DNA from: Raillietiella orientalis
Lineage: Eukaryota
Assembly: GCA_036172245.1 (NCBI GenBank)
Contig: JAYWIR010000105.1
Coordinates: forward strand, 124,001-180,460
Reading direction: 5' to 3'
Length of the DNA: 56,460 bases
How positions within the stretch are numbered: the first letter of the stretch is position 1; the number at the start of each line of letters is the position of its first letter. The notes under the pieces are model-generated. The model searched no databases. It was not told the origin of the DNA and worked only from the letters and a program-made list of their open reading frames with translations. Made by a program: the position numbers and the translations under genes. Below are positions 1 through 12,000 of the stretch, piece after piece.

Positions 1-3000
1 CTCTCCATGAAAGGAATACCCCACTCACTGGAAATGGATGCTTCTTCAAGAGACGCAAAAGTGCAATGGTGAAATCTTCTGTTTTCTAATTGTTTACAAA
101 TCCCGAAAAGCTGCAAAGTTGGACTACATAATGAATGAGAGCGAAGGAGAATATTCCCCTTGTAAGTCCGACACTGGTTACAATGAAAACAACACAGAGT
201 CCAAAGTGCCACGCCCTAATGTAATTTCGATCTCTTCTTAATCATCCTCTGAAAGCAGAGATTGGAAGGGCTTCGGCTCTCCATGAAAGGGATTTGCCAC
301 TCACTGCAAAAGGAAACTTCGTGAAGAGGCGCAAAAGTGCAATGGTGAAATCCTCAGTTTTCCAATTGAATACAAATCCCCAAAAGCTGCAAAGTTGGAC
401 CACATAATGAATGGGAGCGAAGGAGAATATTCCCCTTGTAAGTCCGACACTGGTTACTATGAAAACAAGACAGAGTCCAAAGTGCCACGCCCTAATGAAA
501 TTTGGAACTCTTCTTAATCATCCTCTGAAAGCATAAATTGGAAGGGCTTTCGGCTCTCCATGAAAGGGATTTGCCACTCACTGCAAATGGATGCTTCTTC
601 AAGAGGCTCAAAAGTGCAATGGTGAAATCATCTGTATTCTAATTTCTTTCATATCCCCAAAAGCTGCAAAGTTGGACCGCATAATGAATGAGAGCGAAGG
701 AGAATATTCCCTTTGTAAGTCCGACACTGGTTACCTTGAAAACAAGACAGAGTCGAAAGTGCCACTCCCTAATGAAATTTCGAACTCTTCTTAATCATCC
801 CCTGAAAGCAGAAATTGGAAGGGCTTTCGGCTCTCCATGAAAGGGATACCCCACTCACTGGAAATGGATGCTTCTTCAAGAGACGCAAAAGTGCAATGGT
901 GAAATCTTCTGTTTTCTAATTGTTTACAAATCCAGAAAAGCAGCAAAGTTGGACCACATAATGAATGGGAGCGAAGGAGAATATTCCCCTTGTAAGTCCG
1001 ACACTGGTTACTATGAAAACAAGACAGAGTGCAAAGTGCCACGCCCTAATGAAACTTCGAACTTTTCTTAATCATCCTCTGAAAGCAGAGATTGGAAGCG
1101 CTTAAGGGTCTCCATGAAAGGGATTTGCCACTCACTGCAAAAGGATGCTTCGTGAAGAGGTGCAAAAGTGCAATAGTGAAATCCTCAGTTTTCTAATTGA
1201 ATACAAATCCCCAAAAGCTGCAAAGTTGGACCACATAATGAATGGGAGCGAAGGAGAATATTCCCCTTGTAAGTCCGACACTGGTTACTATGAAAACAAG
1301 ACAGAGTGCAAAGTGCCACGCCCTAATGAAATTTCGAACTCTTGTTAATCATCCTCTGAAAGCAGAAATTGGAATGGCTTTCGGCTCTCCATAAAGGGGA
1401 TTTGCCACTCACTGCAAAAGGATGCTTCGTGCTGAGGCGCAAAAGGGAAATGGTGAAATCTTCTGTTTTCTAATTGAATACAAATCCCCAAAAGCTGCAA
1501 AGTTGGACCACATAATGAATGGGAGCGAAGGAGAATATTCCCCTTGTTAGTCCGCCACTGGTTACCATGAAAACAAGACAGAGTAAAAGTGCCACGCCCT
1601 AATGAAATTTGGAACTCTTCTTAATCATCCTCTGAAAGCAGAAATTGGAAGGGCTTTCGGCTATCCATGAAAAAGATTTGCCTCTCACTGCAAAAGGATG
1701 CTTCATGAAGAGGCTCAAAAGTGCAATGGTGAAATCTTCTGTTTTCTAATTTCTTACAGATCCGCAAAAGCTGCAAATTTGGACCACATAATGATTGAGA
1801 GCGAAGGAGAATATTCCATTTGTAAGTCCGACACTGGTTACAATGAAAACAACACAGAATCCAAAGTGCCACGCCCTAATGAAACTTCGAACTTTTCTTA
1901 ATTATCCTCTGAAAGCAGAGATTGGAAGCGCTTAAGGCTCTCCATGAAAAAGATTTGCCACTCACTGCAAAAGGATGCTTCGTGAAGAGGTGCAAAAGTG
2001 CAATAGTGAAATCCTCAGTTTTCTAATTGAATACAAATCCCCAAAAGCTGCAAAGTTGGACCACATAATGAATGGGAGCGAAGGAGAATATTCCCCTTGT
2101 AAGTCCGACACTGGTTACTATGAAAACAAGACAGAGTGCAAAGTGCCAGGCCCTAATGAAATTTCGAACTCTTCTTAATCATCCTCTGAAAGCAGAAATT
2201 GGAAGGGCTTCCGGCTCGCCATGAAAGGGATTCGCCACTCACTGCAAAAGGATGCTTCGTGCTGAGGCGCAAAAAAGCAATGGTGAAATCTTCTGTTTTC
2301 TAATTGTTTACAAATCCCGAAAAGCTGCAAAGTTGGACCGCATAATAAATGAGAGCGAAGGAGAATATTCCCCTTTTAAGTCCGCCACTGGTTACCATGA
2401 AAACAAGACAGAGTAAAAGTGCCACGCCCTAATGAAATTTCGAACTCTTCTTAATCATCCTCTGAAAGCAGAAATTGGAAGGGCTTTCGGCTCTCCATGA
2501 AAGGAATACCCCACTCACTGGAAATGGATGCTTCTTCAAGAGACGCAAAAGTGCAATGGTGAAATCTTCTGTTTTCTAATTGTTTACAAATCCCGAAAAG
2601 CTGCAAAGTTGGACTACATAATGAATGAGAGCGAAGGAGAATATTCCCCTTGTAAGTCCGACACTGGTTACAATGAAAACAACACAGAGTCCAAAGTGCC
2701 ACGCCCTAATGAAATTTCGATCTCTTCTTAATCATCCTCTGAAAGCAGAGATTGGAAGGGCTTCGGCTCTCCATGAAAGGGATTTGCCACTCACTGCAAA
2801 AGGAATCTTCGTGAAGAGGCGCAAAAGTGCAATGGTGAAATCCTCAGTTTTCTAATTGAATACAAATCCCCAAAAGCTGCAAAGTTGGACCACATAATGA
2901 ATGGGAGCGAAGGAGAATATTCCCCTTGTAAGTCCGACACTGGTTACTATGAAAACAAGACAGAGTCCAAAGTGCCACGCCCTAATGAAATTTCGAACTC

Positions 3001-6000
3001 TTGTTAATCATCCTCTGAAAGCAGAAATTGGAATATCTTTCGGCTCTCCATAAAGGGGATTTGCCACTCACTGCAAAGGATGCTTCGTGCTGAGGCGCAA
3101 AAGGGCAATGGTGAAATCTTCTGTTTTCTAGCTGATTACAAATCCCCAAAAGCTGCAACGTTGGACCGCATAATAAATGAGAGCGAAGGAGAATAATCCC
3201 CTTGTAAGTCCGCCACTGGTTACCATGAAAACAAGACAGAGTAAAAGTGCCACGCCCTAATGAAATTTGGAACTCTTCTTAATCATCCTCTGAAAGCAGA
3301 AATTGGAAGGGCTTTCGGCACTCCATGAAAGGGATATGCCACTCACTGCAAATGGATGCTTCTTGAAGAGGCGCAAAAGTGCAATGGTGAAATCTTTTGT
3401 TTTCTAATTTCTTACATATCCGCAAAAGCTGCAAAGTTGGAGCACGTAATCAATGAGAGCGAATGTGAATATTCCCCTTGTAAGTCCGCTACTGGTTACC
3501 ATGAAAACAAGACAGAGTCCAAAGTGCCACGCCCTAATGAAATTTCGAACTCTTCTTAATCATCCTCTGAAAGCAGAAATTGGAAGAGCTTTCGGCTCTC
3601 CATGAAAGGGATTCGCCACTCACTGCAAAAGGATGCTTCGTGAAGAGGTGCAAAAGTGCAATGGTGAAATCTTTTGTTTTCTAATTTCTTACATATCCGC
3701 AAAAGCTGCAAAGTTGGAGCACGTAATCAATGAGAGTGAAGGTGAATATTCCCCTTGTGAGTCCGACACTGGTTACCATGAAAACAAGACAGAGTCCAAG
3801 GTGCCACGCCCTAATGAAATTTCGAACTTTTCTTAATCATCCTCTGAAAGCCGAAATTGTTAGGGCTTTCGGCTCTCCATAAAAGGGATTTGCCACTCAC
3901 CGCAAAAGGATGCTTCGTGGAGAGGTGCAAAAGTGCAATGGTGAAATCCTCAGTTTTCTAATTGAATACAAATCCCCAAAAGCTGCAAAGTTGGACCACA
4001 TAATGAATGGGAGCGAAGGAGAATATTCCCCTTGTAAGTCCGACACTGGTTACTATGAAAACAAGACAGAGTGCAAAGTGCCACGCCCTAATGAAATTTC
4101 GAACTCTTGTTAATCATCCTCTGAAAGCAGAAATTGGAATGGCTTTCGGCTCTCCATAAAGGGGATTTGCCACTCACTGCAAAAGGATGCTTCGTGCTGA
4201 GGCGCAAAAGGGCAATGGTGAAATCTTCTGTTTTCTAACTGATTACAAATCCCCAAAAGCTGCAAAGTTGGACCGCATAATGAATGAGAGCGAAGGAGAA
4301 TATTCCCCTTGTAAGTCCGACACTGGTTACCATGAAAACAAGACAGAAAGCAAAGTGCCACGCCCTAATGAAATTTCGAACTCTTGTTAATCATCCTCTG
4401 AAAGCAGAAATTGGAAGGGCATTCGGCTCTCCATGGAAGGGATTCGCCACTCACTGCAAAAGGATGCTTCGTGAAGAGGTGCAAAAGTGCAATGGTGAAA
4501 TCTTCTGTTTTCTAATTGAATACAAATCCCCAAAAGCTGCAAAGTTGGACCACATAATGAATGGGAGCGAAGGAGAATATTCCCCTTGTTAGTCCGCCAC
4601 TGGTTACCATGAAAACAAGTCAGAGTAAAATTGCCACGCCCTAATGAAATTTGGAACTCTTCTTAATCATCCTCTGAAAGCAGAAATTGGAAGGGCTTTC
4701 GATTATCCATGAAAAAGATTTGCCTCTCACTGCAAAAGGATGCTTCTTGAAGAGGCTCAAAAGTGCAATGGTGAAATCTTCTGTTTTCTAATTTCTTACA
4801 GATCCGCAAAAGCTGCAAATTTGGACCACATAATGAATGAGAGCGAAGGAGAATATTCCATTTGTAAGTCCGACACTGGTTACTATGAAAACAAGACAGA
4901 GTGCAAAGTGCCACGCCCTAATGAAATTTCGAACTCTTCTTAATCATCCTCTGAAAGCAGAAATTGGAATGGCTTTCGGCTCTCCATAAAGGGGATTTGC
5001 CACTCACTGCAAAAGAATGCTTCGTGCTGAGGCGCAAAAGGGCAACGGTGAAATCTTCTGTATTCTAACTGATTACAAATCCCCAAAAGCTGCAAAGTTG
5101 GACCGCATAATAAAGGAGAGCGAAGGAGAATATTCCCCTTGTAAGTCCGCCACTGGTTACCATGAAAACAAAACAGAGTAAAAGTGCCACGCCCAAATGA
5201 AATTTCGAACTTTTCTTATTCATCCTCTGAAAGCCGAAATTGGAATGGCTTTCGGCTCTCCATAAAGGGGATTTGCCACTCACTGCAAAAGGATGCTTCG
5301 TGCTGAGGCGCAAAAAAGCAATGGTGAAATCTTCTGTTTTCTAATTGTTTACAAATCCCGAAAAGCTGCAAAGTTGGACCGCATAATAAATGAGAGCGAA
5401 GGAGAATATTCCCCTTTTAAGTCCGCCACTGGTTACCATGAAAACAAGACAGAGTAAAAGTGCCACGCCCTAATGAAATTTCGAACTCTTCTTAATCATC
5501 CTCTGAAAGCAGAAATTGGAAGGGCTTTCGGCTCTCCATGAAAGGGATACCCCACTCACTGGAAATGGATGCTTCTTGAAGAGGCGCAAAAGTGCAATGG
5601 TGAAATCTTCTGTTTTCTAATTGTTTACAAATCCCGAAAAGCTGCAAAGTTGGACCCCATAATGAATGAGAGCGAAGGAGAATATTCCTTTTGTAAGTCC
5701 GACACTGGTTACAATGAAAACCACACAGAGTCCAAAGTGCCACGCCCTAATGAAACTTCGAACTTTTCTTAATTATCCTCTGAAAGCAGAGATTGGAAGC
5801 GCTTAAGGCTCTCCATGAAAGGGATTTGCCACTCACTGCAAAAGGATGCTTCGTGAAGAGGTGCAAAAGTGCAATAGTGAAATCCTCAGTTTTCTAATTG
5901 AATACAAATCCCCAAAAGCTGCAAAGTTGGACCACATAATGAATGGGAGCGATGGAGAATATTCCCCTTGTAAGTTTGACACTGGTTACTATGAAAACAA

Positions 6001-9000
6001 GACAGAATGCAAAGTGCCACGCCCTAATGAAATTTCGAACTCTTGTTAATCATCCTCTGAAAGCAGAAATTGGAAGGGCTTTCGGCTCTCCATGAAAGGG
6101 ATTCGCCACTCACTGCAAAAGGATGCTTCGTGCTGAGGCGCAAAAAAGCAATGGTGAAATCTTCTGTTTTCTAATTGTTTACAAATCCCGAAAAGCTGCA
6201 AATTTGGACCGCATAATAAATGAGAGCGAAGGAGAATATTCCCCTTTTAAGTCCGCCACTGGTTACCATGAAAACAAGACAGAGTAAAAGTGCCACGCCC
6301 TAATGAAATTTCGAACTCTTCTTAATCATCCTCTGAAAGCAGAAATTGGAAGGGCTTTCGGCTCTCCATGAAAGGGATAGCCCACTCACTGGAAATGGAT
6401 GCTTCTTGAAGAGGCTCAAAAGTGCAATGGTGAAATCTTCTGTTTTCTAATTTCTTACAGATCCGCAAAAGCTGCAAAGTTGGACCACATAATGAATGAG
6501 AGCGAAGGTGAATATTCCCCTTGTAAGTCCGACACTTGTTACCATGAAAACAAGACAGAGTAAAAGTGCCACGCCCTAATGAAATTTGGAACTCTTCTTA
6601 ATCATCCTCTGAAAGCAGAAATTGGAAGGGCTTTCGGCACTCCATGAAAGGGATTTGCCACTCACTGCAAAAGGATGCTTCGTGAAGAGGTGCAAAAGTG
6701 CAATGGTGAAATCCTCAGTTTTCTAATTGAATACAAATCCCCAAAAGCTGCAAAGTTGGACCACATAATGAATGGGAGCGAAGGAGAATATTCCCCTTGT
6801 AAGTCCGACACTGGTTACTATGAAAACAAGACAGAGTCCAAAGTGCCACGCCCTAATGAAATTTCGAACTCTTGTTAATCATCCTCTGAAAGCAGAAATT
6901 GGAATATCTTTCGGCTCTCCATAAAGGGGATTTGCCACTCACTGCAAAGGATGCTTCGTGCTGAGGCGCAAAAGGGCAATGGTGAAATCTTCTGTTTTCT
7001 AACTGATTACAAATCCCCAAAAGCTGCAACGTTGGACCGCATAATAAATGAGAGCGAAGGAGAATATTCCCCTTGTAAGTCCGCCACTGGTTACCATGAA
7101 AACAAGACAGAGTAAAAGTGCCACGCCCTAATGAAATTTGGAACTCTTCTTAATCATCCTCTGAAAGCAGAAATTGGAAGGGCTTTCGGCACTCCATGAA
7201 AGGGATATGCCACTCACTGCAAATGGATGCTTCTTGAAGAGGCGCAAAAGTGCAATGGTGAAATCTTCTGTTTTCTAATTGTTTACAAATCCCGAAAAGC
7301 TGCAAAGTTGGACCCCATAATGAATGGGAGCGAAGGAGAATATTCCCCTGGTAAGTCCGCCACTGGTTACCATGAAAAAGAGACAGAGTCCAAAGTGCCA
7401 CGCCCTAATGAAATTTCGATCTCTTCTTAATCATCCTCTGAAAGCAGAGATTGGAAGGGCTTCGGCTCTCCATGAAAGGGATTTGCCACTCACTGCAAAA
7501 GGAAACTTCGTGAAGTGGCGCAAAAGTGCAATGGTGAAATCTTTTGTTTTCTAATTTCTTTCATATCCGCAAAAGCTTCAAAGTTGGAGCACGTAATCAA
7601 TGAGAGTGAAGGTGAATATTCCCCTTGTAAGTCCGACACTGGTTACCATGAAAACAAGACAGAGTCCAATTTGCCACGCCCTAATGAAATTTCGAACTTT
7701 TCTTAATCATACTCTGATAGCCGAAATTGTTAGGGCTTTCGGCTCTCCATAAAAGGGATTTGCCACTCACTGCAAAAGGATGCTTCGTGCTGAGGCGCAA
7801 AAGGGCAATGGTGAAATCTTCTGTTTTCTAATTGTTTACAAATCCCGAAAAGCTGCAAAGTTGGACGGCATAATGAATGAGAGCGAAGGAGAATATTCCC
7901 TTTGTAAGTCCGACACTGGTAACCATGAAAACAAGACAGAGTGCAAAGTGCCACGCCCGATTGAAATTTCGAACTCTTGTTAATCATCCTCTGAAAGCAG
8001 AAATTGGAAGGGCTTTCGGCTCTCCATGAAAGGGATTCGCCACTCACTGCAAAAGGATGCTTCGTGAAGAGGTGCAAAAGTGCAATGGTGAAATCTTTTG
8101 TTTTCTAATTTCTTACATATCCGCAAAAGCTGCAAAGTTGGAGCACGTAATCAATGAGAGCGAATGTGAATATTCCCCTTGTAAGTCCGCTACTGGTTAC
8201 CATGAAAACAAGACAGAGTCCAAAGTGCCACGCCCTAATGAAATTTCGAACTCTTCTTAATCATCCTCTGAAAGCAGAAATTGGAAGAGCTTTCGGCTCT
8301 CCATGAAAGGGATTCGCCACTCACTGCAAAAGGATGCTTCGTGAAGAGGTGCAAAAGTGCAATGGTGAAATCTTTTGTTTTCTAATTTCTTACATATCCG
8401 CAAAAGCTGCAAAGTTGGAGCACGTAATCAATGAGAGTGAAGGTGAATATTCCCCTTGTGAGTCCGACACTGGTTACCATGAAAACAAGACAGAGTCCAA
8501 GGTGCCACGCCCTAATGAAATTTGGAACTCTTCTTAATCATCCTCTGAAAGCCGAAATTGTTAGGGCTTTCGGCTCTCCATAAAAGGGATTTGCCACTCA
8601 CCGCAAAAGGATGCTTCGTGGAGAGGTGCAAAAGTGCAATGGTGAAATCCTCAGTTTTCTAATTGAATACAAATCCCCAAAAGCTGCAAAGTTGGACCAC
8701 ATAATGAATGGGAGCGAAGGAGAATATTCCCCTTGTAAGTCCGACACTGGTTACTATGAAAACAAGACAGAGTGCAAAGTGCCACGCCCTAATGAAATTT
8801 CGAACTCTTGTTAATCATCCTCTGAAAGCAGAAATTGGAATGGCTTTCGGCTCTCCATAAAGGGGATTTGCCACTCACTGCAAAAGGATGCTTCGTGCTG
8901 AGGCGCAAAAGGGCAATGGTGAAATCTTCTGTTTTCTAACTGATTACAAATCCCCAAAAGCTGCAAAGTTGGACCGCATAATGAATGAGAGCGAAGGAGA

Positions 9001-12000
9001 ATATTCCCCTTGTAAGTCCGACACTGGTTACCATGAAAACAAGACAGAATGCAAAGTGCCACGCCCTAATGAAATTTCGAACTCTTGTTAATCATCCTCT
9101 AAAAGCAGGAATTAGAAGGGCATTCTGCTCTCCATGGAAGGGATTCGCCACTCACTGCAAAAGGATGCTTCGTGAAGAGGTGCAAAAGTGCAATGGTGAA
9201 ATCTTCTGTTTTCTAACTGATTACATATCCCCAAAAGCTGCAAAGTTGGACCACATAATAAATGAGAGCGATGGAGAACATTAACCTTTTGAGTCCCCTA
9301 CTGGTTACCATGAAAACAAGACAGAGTAAAAGTGCCACGCCGTAATGAAATTTGGAACTCTTCTTAATCATCCTCTGAAAGCCAGAAATTGGAAGGGCTT
9401 TCGGCTATCCATGAAAAAGATTTGCCACTCACTGCAAAAGGATGCTTCGTGCTGAGGCGCAAAAGGGCAATGGTGAAATCTTCTGTTTTCTAACTGATTA
9501 CAAATCCCCAAAAGCTGCAAAGTTGGACCGCATAATAAATGAGAGCGAAGGAGAATATTCCCCTTTTAAGTTCCCTACTGGTTACCATGAAAACAAGACA
9601 GAGTCCAAAGTGCCACGCCCTAATGAAATTTCGAACTCTTCTTAATCATCCTCTGAAAGCAGAAATTGGAATGGCTTTCGGCTCTCCATAAAGGGGATTT
9701 GCCACTCACTGCAAAAGGATGCTTCGTGCTGAGGCGCAAAAGGGCAATGGTGAAATCTTCTGTTTTCTTACTGATTACAAATCCCCAAAAGCTGCAAAGT
9801 TGGACCGCATAATGAATGAGAGCGAAGGAGAATATTCCCTTTGTAAGTCCGACACTGGTTACCATGAAAACAAGACAGAGTGCAAAGTGCCACGCCCTAA
9901 TGAAATTTCGAACTCTTGTTAATCATCCTCTAAAAGCAGGAATTAGAAGGGCATTCGGCTCTCCATGGAAGGGATTCGCCACTCACTGCAAAAGGATGCT
10001 TCGTGAAGAGGTGCAAAAGTGCAATGGTGAAATCTTCTGTTTTCTAACTGATTACATATCCCCAAAAGCTGCAAAGTTGGACCACATAATAAATGAGAGC
10101 GATGGAGAACATTAACCTTTTGAGTCCCCTACTGGTTACCATGAAAACAAGACAGAGTAAAAGTGCCACGCCGTAATGAAATTTGGAACTCTTCTTAATC
10201 ATCCTCTGAAAGCCAGAAATTGGAAGGGCTTTCGGCTATCCATGAAAAAGATTTGCCACTCACTGCAAAAGGATGCTTCGTGCTGAGGCGCAAAAGGGCA
10301 ATGGTGAAATCTTCTGTTTTCTAACTGATTACAAATCCCCAAAAGCTGCAAAGTTGGACCGCATAATAAATGAGAGCGAAGGAGAATATTCCCCTTGTAA
10401 GTCCGCCACTGGTTACCATGAAAACAAAACAGAGTAAAAGTGCCACGCCCAAATGAAATTTCGAACTTTTCGTATTCATCCTCTGAAAGCCGAAATTGGA
10501 ATGGCTTTCGGCTCTCCATAAAGGGGATTTGCCACTCACTGCAAAAGGATGCTTCGTGCTGAGGCGCAAAAGGGCAATGGTGAAATCTTCTGTTTTCTTA
10601 CTGATTACAAATCCCCAAAAGCTGCAAAGTTGGACCGCATAATGAATGAGAGCGAAGGAGAATATTCCCTTTGTAAGTCCGACACTGGTTACCATGAAAA
10701 CAAGACAGAGTGCAAAGTGCCACGCCCAAATGAAATTTCGAACTCTTGTTAATCATCCTCTGAAAGCAGAAATTGGAAGGGCTTTCGGCTCTCCATGAAA
10801 AGGATTTGCCACTCACTGCAAAAGGATGCTTCTTGAAGAGGCGCAAAAGTGCAATGGTGAAATCTTTTGTTTTCTAATTTGTTACATATCCGCAAAAGCT
10901 GCAAAGTTGGACCACAAAATGAATGAGAGCGAAGGAGAATATTCCCTTTGTAAGTGCGACACTGGTTACCATGAAAACAAGACAGAGTCGAAAGTGCCAC
11001 TTCCTAATAAAATCTCGAACTCTTCTTAATCATCTTCTGAAAGCAGAAATTGGAAGGGCTTTCGGCTCTCCATGAAAGGGATATCCCACTCACTGGAAAT
11101 GGATGCTTCTTCAAGAGGCGCAAAAGTGCAATGGTGAAATCTTCTGTTTTCTAATTGTTTACAAATCCCGAAAAGCTGCAAAGTTGGACCCCATAATGAA
11201 AGGGAGCGAAGGAGAATATTCCCCTGGTAAGTCCGCCACTGGTTACCATGAAAACAAGACAGAGTCCAAAGTGCCACGCCCTAATGAAATTTCGATCTCT
11301 TCTTAATCATCCTCTGAAAGCAGAGATTGGAAGGGCTTCGGCTCTCCATGAAAGGGATTTGCCACTCACTGCAAAAGGAAACTTCGTGAAGTGGCGCAAA
11401 AGTGCAATGGTGAAATCTTTTGTTTTCTAATTTCTTTCATATCCGCAAAAGCTTCAAAGTTGGAGCACGTAATCAATGAGAGTGAAGGTGAATATTCCCC
11501 TTGTAAGTCCGACACTGGTTACCATGAAAACAAGACAGAGTCCAATTTGCCACGCCCTAATGAAATTTCGAACTCTTGTTAATCATCCTCTGAAACCAGA
11601 AATTGGAAGGGCTTTCGGCTCTCCATGGAAGGGATTCGCCACTCACTGCAAAAGGATGCTTCTTCAAGAGACGCAAAAGTGCAATGGCGAAATCTTCTGT
11701 TTTCTAATTGTTTACAAATCCCGAAAAGCAGCAAAGTTGGACCAAAAAATGAATGAGAGCGAAGGAGAATATTAACCTTTTGAGTCCCCTACTGGTTACC
11801 ATGAAAACAAGACAGAGTCCAAACTGCCAAACTCAAATGATATTTCGAACTCTTCTTAATCATCCTCTCAAAGCAGAAAATTGGAAGGGCTTTCGGCTCT
11901 CCATGAAAGGGATTTCCCACTCACTGGAAATGGATGCTTCTTCAAGAGACGCAAAAGTGCAATGGTGAAATCTTCTGTTTTCTAATTGTTTACAAATCCC

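Noticed and set aside
1..277. Assignment to a named satellite family or species
   Set aside because: I do not recognise the monomer, and a database search is needed.
596..830. CENP-B box at the TTCG motifs
   Set aside because: None of the TTCG contexts (TTCGTGAAGAGG, TTCGAACTCTTC, TTCGGCTCTCCA) fits TTCGNNNNANNCGGG on either strand.
774..860. Pol III B-box-like GAGTTCGAAAT on the minus strand (tRNA/SINE-derived monomer)
   Set aside because: It lacks the final conserved C, has no convincing A box at a proper spacing, and shows no cloverleaf. The site is polymorphic (TTGGAA, TCGATC, TTTGAA).
3356..9091. 17-mer HOR in the left domain (4701-bp offset)
   Set aside because: Only about four consecutive monomers match at this offset and the flanking monomers differ, so it is a dispersed block rather than a full HOR unit.
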